Shown here in pieces: positions 47,284 to 56,271 of a stretch of DNA of 64,000 bases. Numbering within the stretch: the stretch's first letter is position 1; the number at the start of each line of letters is the position of its first letter. This stretch comes from Minisyncoccia bacterium. Lineage in GTDB: Bacteria > Patescibacteriota > Minisyncoccia > Phycocordibacterales > Phycocordibacteraceae. The stretch lies in the NCBI GenBank assembly GCA_038912545.1, contig JBCLFD010000001.1, forward strand, positions 18,956 to 82,955, written 5' to 3'. The notes beneath the pieces are model-generated. The model was not told where the DNA came from. It did no database searches and saw only the letters and a list, made by a program, of their open reading frames with translations. The position numbers and the translations under genes were made by a program.

Positions 47284-47589
47284 ATGACTTTTGATTCTTT
47301 AAAAATATATCTGAAGAAAATGTTCTCTGGCGTGCGACTTGATCCGATGCGTGATTGGCTTGTCCTCATCACTCTTTCTGCGATGGTGCTTGCGGGTATT
47401 ATTGTGTGGAATGTATGGGCCTTTGATACGGTGGCCGACGGTGGGGTTATCGGAGGACAAGCGGCAAGCTCGCCACCACTCCTCAGCCAATCGTCCATTG
47501 ACCGCATTCATACGATTTTTACGAATCGCGCCGAGGAAGAATTGAAGTATCAGACCGGTGTGTATCGCTTCAGCGACCCTTCGCTTTAA
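47284..47589 (+). CDS. small single-TM protein (pilus-cluster, unknown)
   Basis: LVLITLSAMVLAGIIVW TM, co-directional with pilMNO. Confidence 0.3.
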   Translation: MTFDSLKIYLKKMFSGVRLDPMRDWLVLITLSAMVLAGIIVWNVWAFDTVADGGVIGGQAASSPPLLSQSSIDRIHTIFTNRAEEELKYQTGVYRFSDPSL

Positions 47590-47617
47590 TCAGTTAAATG
47601 CGCTAGATTTTCAGTAC

Positions 47618-47692
47618 GCCCTCATAGCACAATGGATAGTGCAAGAGACTTCTAAGCTCTTGATGTAGGTTCGATTCCTGCTGGGGGCACCA
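47618..47692 (+). tRNA. tRNA-Arg (anticodon TCT), CCA encoded
   Basis: Hand fold. Acceptor GCCCTCA/TGGGGGC, D-arm GCAC/GTGC, loop CTTCTAA, T-arm GTAGG-TTCGATT-CCTGC. Confidence 0.8.
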
Positions 47693-47698
47693 AGTGTA

Positions 47699-47724
47699 AA
47701 AAGTGAACTGCTTCACTTTTTTAA
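47699..47724 (+). terminator. Rho-independent terminator (AAAAAGTGAA-ctgc-TTCACTTTTTT)
   Basis: Hairpin flanked by A-run and T-run, symmetric, so possibly bidirectional. A second perfect palindrome AATTCAATTGC-gacg-GCAATTGAATT at about 47839-47866 lies 3' of the response-regulator gene. Confidence 0.5.
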
Positions 47725-47890
47725 ACATTGGTGCCAGCCGCAGCGATGTTTTGTGAGCGACCAAAATCTCTTGAGCGAAGCGATTAGAGATTGGAAGTAC
47801 TCTTGTGGTGCAAGCAAAACTGCGAGGCGGGGTCGCGAAAATTCAATTGCGACGGCAATTGAATTATTCGTGACCACCAACGAGCGAATG

Positions 47891-48706
47891 TTAAATCCGA
47901 CCTTTCTTTTTTAACAAAGTATTTATTCTTTCGGCCACCTCTTTAAGGGTGACCTTGGCTTTGATGAAATAGTCGTCTGCTCCGAGTTTCTTGCCGTCTT
48001 CTATTTCGTTATCTTGACCAAGGTTTGAGAAAATGATAACCGATATGTCTTTGGTGCGTGGATCAGCCTTCATTTTCTTCAGCACTTCTAAACCGTTTAT
48101 ACCTGGCATCAAAATGTCCATAAGAACAACGTCAGGAATAGTACTCTCAAAAAATTTAAGAGCCTGCTCACCGTCTGATGCTAACGATACAGAGTACCCC
48201 TCCTTACTCAGGCGAGTAACGGCGATAGACGAAAGGAATGAGTCGTCCTCGACAATCAGTATTTTTACCCCGTTCAGCGACTTTTTAGTTTCTTCCTGAA
48301 CGATTGATTTATTCTTTAAGAACCTTCGCATCTTCTCGAGTACCTCTTCGGGGCTGAACTGGGCCTTGACGATATAGTCCTTGGCGCCCAGTTGCAGGAT
48401 TCTATCGATCTCCATTGTCTGTCCAGAGTTCGAAATAACGATAACGGGGATTTTCTTGAGCTCCTCATCTTTGTTCATTGTTTCTAAAACCTCGTATCCG
48501 TTCATTTTAGGCATCACGATGTCGAGCAAGACAATGTCTGGCTTCACCTTGCGCATTTTCGCGAGCCCTGCTTCACCATCTTTTTCCCAAAATGCATTGT
48601 AGCCCTCGGATGTTATCTTGCTCAACAGTATTTCCCCGAGGATATTCTCATCCTCAATTATGAGGACCGTCTCGCCGTCTAGGGGAATCACATTGTTATT
48701 GTTCAT
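47891..48706 (-). CDS. response regulator with two tandem receiver (REC) domains, no output domain
   Basis: Two copies of the D...D...K receiver pattern (LLDIVMPKMNG; LMDILMPGING). Confidence 0.8.
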   Translation of the reverse strand: MNNNNVIPLDGETVLIIEDENILGEILLSKITSEGYNAFWEKDGEAGLAKMRKVKPDIVLLDIVMPKMNGYEVLETMNKDEELKKIPVIVISNSGQTMEIDRILQLGAKDYIVKAQFSPEEVLEKMRRFLKNKSIVQEETKKSLNGVKILIVEDDSFLSSIAVTRLSKEGYSVSLASDGEQALKFFESTIPDVVLMDILMPGINGLEVLKKMKADPRTKDISVIIFSNLGQDNEIEDGKKLGADDYFIKAKVTLKEVAERINTLLKKKGRI

Positions 48707-48742
48707 GAAGACAGTGTATCAGATTAATGACATAGATATTCT

Positions 48743-50482
48743 CTATGGTATCACAGAAACCGGTACCGTGAAATGGAAAGTCGTCCCCACATGCTCGACG
48801 CTTTCGAACCACATAGCACCGCCGTGCTTCTCCACAATGCTCTTCGCGATGAAGAGCCCAAGTCCTGAACCGTTAGTTTGGATTTTCAGGGCGTTATCAG
48901 CACGGAAAAACTTATTGAAGATGCTTGTTTGCTGAAGCTTCGGTATCCCCACTCCATTGTCCTGTATTGCTACCTCAATCGTACCTGGAGTAAAGGAACA
49001 CGACACCGTTATTTCACCGCCGTCATTTGTATATAACATCGCGTTCTCCATCAGGTTTTGGATGACAGAACGTATTTTGTCAGGGTCCGCATACATAAAC
49101 GGCAGGGTAGGGGTCGGCTTATTGAAGACGAGTTTAATCTTGCGAGTCCCAGCCGGCCCAACGAAGTCCATGAGGGCGCTCTCTATGATGTCTTCGATGT
49201 GAACGGGAACTTTCTTGTATTCTACCTTGCCTGATTCTATGCGCGTCACCACCAGCATGTCATTAATGAGTCGAATGATGCGCTCATTGCTTTCATACCC
49301 CCTCATGAGTAAAGTACGCTGCTCGGTTGTGAGGTTTTCGATACTCTCTTTCTCCATAAGAATTGAGAGCGTCCATTTTATGGCAGAGAGCGGAGTACGG
49401 AGCTGGTGCGCAGCGACTGAAATGAAATCGGATTTTGCATTATCGAGCTGTTGCAACCGTTCGTTCGCCATTTTTAGATTATCGACAGTATGCGCTAATT
49501 CTTTCGTCCGTTTTGCTACGTCAGTCTCGAGCTTTTCCGTGTTGAACATAATGCGCTCAGCCATCTGATTGAAGACGGTTCCCAATTCGCCTATTTCATC
49601 TCTGCTATCAATGCTTGCGTGCATTGAAAAGTCACCCTCCGCAAGCCTGCGCGCGACGGTACGGAGCCGTGTGATTGGCCTAATAATGACATAGCGAGCG
49701 AAGAAAATGCTCACTAAGAGCGATAAGATGAAACCGACTAACATAATCGTACTGGTCGCAAAACGGACATCACTTTCGATCTTCTTGAGCGCACTCGTAG
49801 CTGCTTTCGTTTCGTCATTTGACGTAGCTACCATCTCACGCAGATTTACTATAACGAGATCTGCATAATAACGCGCGATAGTCATATGCTTCTTTGATTC
49901 GACCCTTGCGACTTCGGCCTGCTTTATATTTCCAGCACGTAAGGACGTAAGGTACTCTCTATGACTTTTGGTCGCCAGTGTAACATGATTGACGAACCCT
50001 TCATAATAGAGAGTTGCCTGAGCGGCGAAGTCGGTCTGTTTAGGCGACGACTCTCTCAGCACCAATGTGCCTTGGAGCGCGTTCTGTACCCATGCATCGT
50101 GATTCTGCCCACCACCGGATTTCTTGAATGCTTCTGTCTCGCTACCCCAAGTAATCGCCGACATAAACATTTTGAAGTGAACGGCCGAGGCATTGAAGTC
50201 GTTTTGGAGCGTATTCAGCTTGCCGATAAGTGCAGAATCGTCGATGTCGAGCGCTTGCTCTGCGGTAGATTGTCCAGTCACCATCAACGACAATGCCTCT
50301 TGAATGCTGCGGACCAGGGGCGTTTGTTCCAGCGTGATGATGTCAGAACTTTCTCCAATTCGTACCAATCCATAAAAAGATACTGCGGCGATTGCAATCA
50401 AGAAACATGACACAAACGCCAGCAGAAGAGTCATCTTCCACTGTATCCCGAAACGTAACAAAGAAGGTGCAGATGGCTTCAC
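48743..50482 (-). CDS. sensor histidine kinase (TM-periplasmic-TM, HAMP, HisKA, HATPase_c)
   Basis: H-box SVAAHQLRTPL; N, G1 and G2 boxes (NLMENAMLYT, QDNGVGI, GSGLGL). Confidence 0.8.
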   Translation of the reverse strand: MKPSAPSLLRFGIQWKMTLLLAFVSCFLIAIAAVSFYGLVRIGESSDIITLEQTPLVRSIQEALSLMVTGQSTAEQALDIDDSALIGKLNTLQNDFNASAVHFKMFMSAITWGSETEAFKKSGGGQNHDAWVQNALQGTLVLRESSPKQTDFAAQATLYYEGFVNHVTLATKSHREYLTSLRAGNIKQAEVARVESKKHMTIARYYADLVIVNLREMVATSNDETKAATSALKKIESDVRFATSTIMLVGFILSLLVSIFFARYVIIRPITRLRTVARRLAEGDFSMHASIDSRDEIGELGTVFNQMAERIMFNTEKLETDVAKRTKELAHTVDNLKMANERLQQLDNAKSDFISVAAHQLRTPLSAIKWTLSILMEKESIENLTTEQRTLLMRGYESNERIIRLINDMLVVTRIESGKVEYKKVPVHIEDIIESALMDFVGPAGTRKIKLVFNKPTPTLPFMYADPDKIRSVIQNLMENAMLYTNDGGEITVSCSFTPGTIEVAIQDNGVGIPKLQQTSIFNKFFRADNALKIQTNGSGLGLFIAKSIVEKHGGAMWFESVEHVGTTFHFTVPVSVIP

Positions 50483-50505
50483 GTCAGTACATTCGTCACG
50501 AGCGA

Positions 50506-51204
50506 TTACAGCTCGCTCTTTATCGAAGACACGTCAAACACTCCCTTCAAGACACCGATGACATTCTGCGTGGAGGGATCAATAATCGGGAGATAGATGG
50601 ATATTGCTTCTGTCTGAGAGCTCTTGTCAAACTCGATGTTCCCGTGGAACGTCATCCCGACGCCACCATTAAAACTATTTACCCACCAAGCTTCGTCCGC
50701 TTGGTAGTAGTCACTGGTCTTACCGGTCTGTCCCACATTCAGTCCGTAGATGTCTGTCACAAAGAGCTCGTTCAATCCTGGGGTGCTCTTTTTGTATGCA
50801 TTTAACTCGCTAGAAATTTTATTATTAAGGATTTTCTCAATAAAAGGCGTTATGCTTTTTGAAGCTATCCAAGCATCGTCGAGAACGGTAATGTCAGACA
50901 TCGATAGATTTTTATTCGTTTCATTGACAGCCAGAATCTCAGACGGCGCTGCCGAAGCAGATAAGAACTTCGTCAGCCCCTCCATTTTCTTTGCGAGAAT
51001 TCGTTCCACCTCTGGAGCGAGCGGTATCTCTTTGACCTTGGCTGCTTGCTCTCGAGTCATCGGCTGTCTCGGAGTGAGTCGAATCTCATTCATTGCCTTT
51101 TCCGAAACAGCAGACGGGGCTGAGACCGGCGTCCGACTTATATAGTAATAGAATCCCACACCAACGATAATCAAGACCGAGACAAAAAGTAATAATTTGT
51201 TCAT
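50506..51204 (-). CDS. membrane-anchored periplasmic protein (Cache/PAS-like sensor fold, unknown)
   Basis: N-terminal TM. Co-directional and 24 nt upstream of the kinase gene. Confidence 0.35.
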   Translation of the reverse strand: MNKLLLFVSVLIIVGVGFYYYISRTPVSAPSAVSEKAMNEIRLTPRQPMTREQAAKVKEIPLAPEVERILAKKMEGLTKFLSASAAPSEILAVNETNKNLSMSDITVLDDAWIASKSITPFIEKILNNKISSELNAYKKSTPGLNELFVTDIYGLNVGQTGKTSDYYQADEAWWVNSFNGGVGMTFHGNIEFDKSSQTEAISIYLPIIDPSTQNVIGVLKGVFDVSSIKSEL

Positions 51205-51436
51205 AAATTTAGGTGAGTGCGTATTAAGACCCGCAGTGAGTCAAGTTAATTATACACAATAGTACCGAAGGGAGCCGTTCCCTCTGTGGATATTCGCAAA
51301 ACATAAGAACGACCACAAATCAAACCCCAGACCGAAAGGCTTCAATCTGGTATGCTGAAACTCGCCAGAAGGCCTTTATGGGGCCTTCCACGGACCGAGC
51401 CGTGGCACAGCTGGCATGAGGCGAGCGTAGTAATAT

Positions 51437-51520
51437 GGGCATGTGGCGGAACGGTATACGCGCACGGTTCAGAACCGTGTCCCGAAAGGGTTGGAGGTTC
51501 AAATCCTCTCATGCCCACCA
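51437..51520 (+). tRNA. tRNA-Leu (anticodon CAG), class II, CCA encoded
   Basis: Hand fold. Acceptor GGGCATG/CATGCCC, loop TTCAGAA, long variable arm, T-arm GGAGG-TTCAAAT-CCTCT. Confidence 0.85.
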
Positions 51521-51521
51521 C

Positions 51522-51594
51522 GCGCGGTTAGCTCAGCTGGTAGAGCGCTTCGTTTACACCGAAGATGTCGCAGGTTCGAGTCCTGCACCGCGCA
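51522..51594 (+). tRNA. tRNA-Val (anticodon TAC)
   Basis: Hand fold. GCGCGGT/ACCGCGC acceptor, GCTCAGCTGGTAGAGC D-arm, loop TTTACAC, T-arm GCAGG-TTCGAGT-CCTGC. Confidence 0.85.
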
Positions 51595-51633
51595 CTTGAA
51601 ACCAAAAGTCATGGTATACCAGTTGATACGTAT

Positions 51634-52332
51634 ATGAATGAACGCGCAGACAACGTGATACCGGCTTGCGTCGGCATCATTATGGACGGCAATCGCCGTT
51701 GGGCGAAGGCGAAGGGTCTGCCAACATTAGAAGGACATACTGCCGGTTTCGCGAAAGCGAAAGAAATCGTTCAACACGCATTTGACCGTGGTGTGCAGAC
51801 CGTTGTCGTCTATGCCTTCTCTACCGAGAACTGGAATCGCGCGGCTGAAGAAGTTGGCTATCTGATGGACTTGTTCGCAAAGGCACTTGAGCGAGAGCTC
51901 GCTGAGCTCTCACGCGAAGGAGTTCGCGTACATTTTATTGGGGATCTTTCATATCTTCCCGAAAAACTGCGCAGTGCGGTAGAAAAGTTTGAAAAAGAAT
52001 GCGCGCAGAATGCGCGCGGTAAAACACTTGGTGTCGCGCTCTCCTACGGCGGCCGCGCCGAGATCGTTGCCGCGACAAACAAACTACTCCACGCGGGGAA
52101 GGAGGAGGTGAATAAAGAAGAGGTACATGCGGCGCTCTGGAGCGCAGACGTACCGGAGTTCGACCTCATCGTCCGCACCGGAGGCGCGAGACGTCTCTCC
52201 AACTTCTTCCCTTGGCAATCGGCATATAGCGAACTCTTTTTTGTTGATAAATACTGGCCTGATTTCACAACCGAAGATTTTGACACCATCCTCGCCGAAT
52301 ATGCCGAACGCGAACGACGTAATGGAAAATAA
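51634..52332 (+). CDS. uppS: undecaprenyl-diphosphate synthase
   Basis: IIMDGNRRWA, YAFSTENWNR. The listed N-terminus overlaps tRNA-Val and was trimmed. Confidence 0.85.
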   Translation: MNERADNVIPACVGIIMDGNRRWAKAKGLPTLEGHTAGFAKAKEIVQHAFDRGVQTVVVYAFSTENWNRAAEEVGYLMDLFAKALERELAELSREGVRVHFIGDLSYLPEKLRSAVEKFEKECAQNARGKTLGVALSYGGRAEIVAATNKLLHAGKEEVNKEEVHAALWSADVPEFDLIVRTGGARRLSNFFPWQSAYSELFFVDKYWPDFTTEDFDTILAEYAERERRNGK

Positions 52333-52969
52333 TCTTCCGATTCTATACGAAGACGCAGATGTAATCGCAATAGCGAAGCCATCTGGTATTCTCACAACCG
52401 AACTTCACTACGGTGTTGGGTACGTCCATCGGCTTGATCGCGACACTTCGGGCGTGCTCGTCTTCGCGAAGAATCAGATCGCGTATGACTATTTGCGAAA
52501 AGCATTTCACGACCGGGACGTGAAGAAAACGTATCTCGCATTCGTATATGGCGTACCGAAGGAGAAGAAAGGGACGATTGATTTCGATATCGGCCGTTCA
52601 CGCAAGGACTTCCGTCTCCGTTCGGCACAGCCGAAGGCGAAAGGGCGCCTGCGCGACGCGCTCACACGCTACGAAGTAATCGGGAAGACTCCGGACTTCG
52701 CCTTACTTAAAATGAACCCCGAAACAGGACGGACGCACCAGATTCGTGTACACCTAAAGGCGATTCACCACCCGATTGTATGCGATCCTCTCTACGCCCC
52801 GAACCAGAAACCAGCTCTCGGCATCTCGCGCCTCGGCCTCCATGCGTATCAATTAGATCTTCCACTCCCATCAGGCGGGCGCACGGATATCACGGCTCCC
52901 ATCCCCACCGACCTCGCCACAGCATTCGTTCACTTTACCGATTTGAAAGAAAAATTTGCTCTCGCATAG
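52322..52969 (+). CDS. RluA-family pseudouridine synthase
   Basis: HRLDRDTSGVLVFAK catalytic-Asp motif, TYLAFVYG, HQIRVHL. Start trimmed to MENNLPIL. Confidence 0.8.
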   Translation: MENNLPILYEDADVIAIAKPSGILTTELHYGVGYVHRLDRDTSGVLVFAKNQIAYDYLRKAFHDRDVKKTYLAFVYGVPKEKKGTIDFDIGRSRKDFRLRSAQPKAKGRLRDALTRYEVIGKTPDFALLKMNPETGRTHQIRVHLKAIHHPIVCDPLYAPNQKPALGISRLGLHAYQLDLPLPSGGRTDITAPIPTDLATAFVHFTDLKEKFALA

Positions 52970-52994
52970 TAGAGATGCTACAGTGCGCCGATAT

Positions 52995-53498
52995 ATGCAA
53001 AAGGTTAAACAGATGATAATGACGTCAGTAAATGTGGACGGGCGCGCGAATCTCGGCATTCGCGCGGGTGATACCGTGCGCGTCATCCAGAACATCGTTG
53101 AGCTCAAGAAGGGTCGCGGGACCGATAAGAAGGAGAAGACGATTAAGAATGCGCGCAAACAGACCTTTGAAGGTCTTGTCATATCTATGAAGCACGGCAG
53201 GGAGGCGGGCGCGACCTTCACGGTCCGTACGACGCTTTCCGGAATTGGCGTAGAGAAGACCTTTCCACTCTACTCGCCGATGATTGACTCTATTGAAATA
53301 GTGAAGCGCTCCAAGGTTCGTCGCGCGAAGCTCTACTTCATCCGCGAGAAGGCGACCAAGGCAGTGCGCCGCCAGCTACGCAATGCGCGTATGATGAATC
53401 AGAAGAGTGACGAAACGCTCCCCGTCGCGGCAGTTCCTGAAGAAGAGGACGCCGGTGAGGCTCCAGTAACAGAGACGAAAGAAGCGGTCGCAGTGTAG
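52995..53498 (+). CDS. rplS: 50S ribosomal protein L19
   Basis: GDTVRV...FEGLVIS...TFTVR...GVEKTFPLYSP...VRRAKLYFIR. Confidence 0.85.
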   Translation: MQKVKQMIMTSVNVDGRANLGIRAGDTVRVIQNIVELKKGRGTDKKEKTIKNARKQTFEGLVISMKHGREAGATFTVRTTLSGIGVEKTFPLYSPMIDSIEIVKRSKVRRAKLYFIREKATKAVRRQLRNARMMNQKSDETLPVAAVPEEEDAGEAPVTETKEAVAV

Positions 53499-53532
53499 AC
53501 ACTAGTTTGTTATAGTTTCCGAGTGCGCATCT

Positions 53533-53617
53533 GCCCGGGTGGCGAAATTGGTAGACGTATCACCTTGAGGTGGTGACGCCTGTAATGGGCATGGAGGTTC
53601 AAGTCCTCTCCCGGGCA
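53533..53617 (+). tRNA. tRNA-Leu (anticodon GAG), class II
   Basis: Hand fold. GCCCGGG/CCCGGGC acceptor, loop TTGAGGT, long variable arm, T-arm GGAGG-TTCAAGT-CCTCT. Confidence 0.85.
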
Positions 53618-53650
53618 CAAAAAGAACGCCGAAAGGCGTTTTCTTTTTGT
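53618..53650 (+). terminator. Rho-independent terminator (GAACGCC-gaaa-GGCGTT + TTCTTTTT)
   Basis: GNRA-loop hairpin plus T-run directly after the tRNA-Leu. Confidence 0.55.
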
Positions 53651-53708
53651 GCTGTAATTTAGCTTGTCATGAGCGAAGTCGAAATCGGAATTAAAACTGC
53701 TATAGTAA

Positions 53709-54086
53709 TTGCATATGGAAACAAATAAAAACAATGTACTTATTATTGGTCTTCTTACCCTCATGCTCGGTCTCGTCATCGGATACTTTGTCGGTACAAG
53801 TCGTCCTAATGGAATGATGGGTTACAACACCAACGCTCCGACTACTATGCACGGTGCAATGGGTGGAATGATGGCTGGCTTGGAGGGCAAGACGGGAGAC
53901 GCTCTTGGTTTAGCATTCCTTGATGGAATGATTATTCACCACGAAGGAGCAGTGGAGATGGCAACCGTAATTCTTCAAGACACAAAACGACCAGAACTTT
54001 TCAAGCTCGCCAACGACATTATCACTGCTCAAACGCAAGAGATTGGAATGATGGAACAGTGGCGTAAGGATTGGTTCAACAAATAA
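53709..54086 (+). CDS. DUF305-domain protein (metal/copper-resistance-associated)
   Basis: N-terminal TM; HHEGAVEMA and later Q..EI..M motifs typical of DUF305. Confidence 0.65.
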   Translation: MHMETNKNNVLIIGLLTLMLGLVIGYFVGTSRPNGMMGYNTNAPTTMHGAMGGMMAGLEGKTGDALGLAFLDGMIIHHEGAVEMATVILQDTKRPELFKLANDIITAQTQEIGMMEQWRKDWFNK

Positions 54087-54107
54087 TTCTATGCAGAAAA
54101 ACTACTT

Positions 54108-54497
54108 ATGAACAATTCAAAAATCATAGAATGGGTTTTGCGAATCGCCGTATTCGGTACATTTTTTGGACACGGCGTATTTGCGTTACAGGGAAAAGAA
54201 AAGTGGATTCAGTGGATAATGGACTTTGGTGGCTGGGACATAGTTCTAGCTACACAGCTTTTGTTTGCCGTTGGACTTCTTGATGTAGTGGTTGGTCTGA
54301 TTGTGCTCTTTAGGCCAATTCGTGCAGTTTTGCTTTGGGCTATAATATGGGCATCTTGGACCGCATTTATGCGTGTTCTACCTTTTATTGGAGATCCCGT
54401 CTGGGATTTCGTGGAACGATGGGCAAATATAGGCGCGCCATTGGCCCTACTCCTTCTTCTTGGTTGGCCAAAAAACTGGAGAGAATGGTTCAAATAA
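54108..54497 (+). CDS. DoxX-family membrane protein
   Basis: 4 TM segments, RIAVFGTFFGHGVFAL N-terminal helix characteristic of DoxX. Confidence 0.6.
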   Translation: MNNSKIIEWVLRIAVFGTFFGHGVFALQGKEKWIQWIMDFGGWDIVLATQLLFAVGLLDVVVGLIVLFRPIRAVLLWAIIWASWTAFMRVLPFIGDPVWDFVERWANIGAPLALLLLLGWPKNWREWFK

Positions 54498-54570
54498 GAA
54501 ATAACGGCACATATATTAAGGGCTCGAAACGCATAGCGTTTCGAGCCCTTGCCGACCCCAAATCTTGGGG

Positions 54571-54741
54571 TCAACGGAGTCCGAAGACCCAGTTCCAATC
54601 AATGTTGATGTAGAGAGTGGCGAGAACGATGCCCACTACGACCAACATCAAGTCATTTCGGGTCATCCTCCCCAGGCATGGGACCTTCTGGTCCCACCAG
54701 TTCTGACGGAACTGGTTTTCACGATAGTCTCTCATATCCAT
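54571..54741 (-). CDS. small (56 aa) membrane protein not in the ORF track
   Basis: Manual minus-strand translation gives MDMRDYRENQFRQNWWDQKVPCLGRMTRNDLMLVVVGIVLATLYINIDWNWVFGLR. GGAGGAG RBS 4 nt upstream; hairpin terminator downstream. Confidence 0.4.
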   Translation of the reverse strand: MDMRDYRENQFRQNWWDQKVPCLGRMTRNDLMLVVVGIVLATLYINIDWNWVFGLR

Positions 54742-54834
54742 AACTCCTCCAAATGTTGAACCAGAAGTTATATGATAGCACTATCCGTATAAGAAGTCAA
54801 TAGCACCTAAAAACGAGGTGTATACTAGGGTTCT

Positions 54835-55371
54835 ATGGCTTTATTTACTGGCAAAGGCGATGGAGGTACGACAAAGGTTTTTGGCTGTAACCAACAGAGG
54901 ATTTCTAAATCGTCAGAATTACCCGAGGCGCTCGGCGCGTTGGATGAGTTGAATACCTATCTTGGATTTGTAAAAATGCGTGCAACGGGGTCGCTACACA
55001 TTGCAAAAGAAGTTCGCGCGGTGCAAGAAAATCTTTTTATCATCCAAGCGCAAACGGCGGGCGCGGATAAAAAATTAGCACCCACGATAGTGGGGGAGAT
55101 GGAAAAGTTTATTGGAGACATAGAAAAAGAAATTCCGCCGATTACCGGTTTCTCTATTGCCGGCGGTACCGAACTCTCTGCGATTCTAGACGTTGCGCGC
55201 ACTATTTCTCGACGCGCTGAACGCCGACTCATCGCGGTAGAAGAGAGCGGGTTGCGCACTATGCCACCCGAGACCAAAGCATATATGAACCGCCTTTCCT
55301 CACTCCTCTTCGCACTCGCCCGCCTCGCGAATCACGAGCAGGGCGTGAAAGAGGAAAACCCGCGGTATTAG
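54835..55371 (+). CDS. PduO-type ATP:cob(I)alamin adenosyltransferase
   Basis: MALFTGKGDGGTTKVFG...ALDELNTYLGF matches Cob_adeno_trans. Confidence 0.8.
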   Translation: MALFTGKGDGGTTKVFGCNQQRISKSSELPEALGALDELNTYLGFVKMRATGSLHIAKEVRAVQENLFIIQAQTAGADKKLAPTIVGEMEKFIGDIEKEIPPITGFSIAGGTELSAILDVARTISRRAERRLIAVEESGLRTMPPETKAYMNRLSSLLFALARLANHEQGVKEENPRY

Positions 55372-56084
55372 TGATTCGTGTGCTCCGCGTGCAAGCCGAT
55401 TTCGTGGATAGAACGGTTGCGATGCACTAACTCATCGTTACGAACCGAACAGAAGAATTCATATTCGGAACGTGGGTGTCGCCCGTACCACGCGAGGAAT
55501 TCGCTCGTGATAGAACGTTCTCGTAACGTGTGTTCATTTTCCTTAAGGAAGCGCGAATATTGATCAAAAGCATGCTGCTCAAAGAGATAGTTCGTTTCAA
55601 GCGACCAGCGCGGACAGACGAGGTAAAGCAGGTACGAAATCCAGAAATAGAAGAACGCAAAGAACATCGGAACGAAGGTATAACGGAAGAACCCAGTGCG
55701 CGAGTGTGTGCGGGCGAGTGCAGATATTACCACCACATGCATCGTCTCGTTGTCGCCAGCGAAACGGACGAAACGCGAAACGGTTGAAAGTCGTAGTGCC
55801 CGCGTCTCGTCCGCGTAAAAGAGTGTAAGCAAGGTAAAGATTGCTGAGTCCCACGAGTGGTAGGGGACACGCGCAATCACCTCTATGGCACGAAACTTCA
55901 GATACGAGGGTTTGTTACCATAGAAAATATTTCCGCACGCTATAAGGAATCCGCCGAACAGGCGCGGGAAGAGTGCGGGATGATAATTATCATACGGCGC
56001 TGCATAGTCGGCGCGTGCCGTATCGTCGTTGAGCGACTCTACAAGCTGTTCGAAATCGGCCTGTTCATGAAGCATCAGATGCAC
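55368..56084 (-). CDS. alternative-oxidase-like di-iron carboxylate protein (AOX/PTOX family)
   Basis: Four-helix ExxH-type ligands: IEVIARVPYH, GDNETMHVVV (compare NERMHL), LETNYLFEQHAFDQY, LHAEHTNH. Confidence 0.55.
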   Translation of the reverse strand: MHLMLHEQADFEQLVESLNDDTARADYAAPYDNYHPALFPRLFGGFLIACGNIFYGNKPSYLKFRAIEVIARVPYHSWDSAIFTLLTLFYADETRALRLSTVSRFVRFAGDNETMHVVVISALARTHSRTGFFRYTFVPMFFAFFYFWISYLLYLVCPRWSLETNYLFEQHAFDQYSRFLKENEHTLRERSITSEFLAWYGRHPRSEYEFFCSVRNDELVHRNRSIHEIGLHAEHTNH

Positions 56085-56157
56085 AATACCACGGAACGAG
56101 AGCGTAATCGTAGTATTCGTGTTATAAAAATTGAGTCTGCCAGCTGGCGGATAACAT

Positions 56158-56230
56158 GGCGGCTATGGTGTAACGGTTAACACTGGAGCTTGTGGAGCTC
56201 TCAATTCGGGTTCAATTCCCGATAGCCGCC
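56158..56230 (+). tRNA. tRNA-His (anticodon GTG) with encoded G-1
   Basis: Hand fold. Extra 5' G pairs with discriminator C73; loop TTGTGGA; T-arm TCGGG-TTCAATT-CCCGA. Confidence 0.85.
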
Positions 56231-56271
56231 CTAAACGTTTGTGTTAGCATAGCGCTACAATGCTTTCGCAT

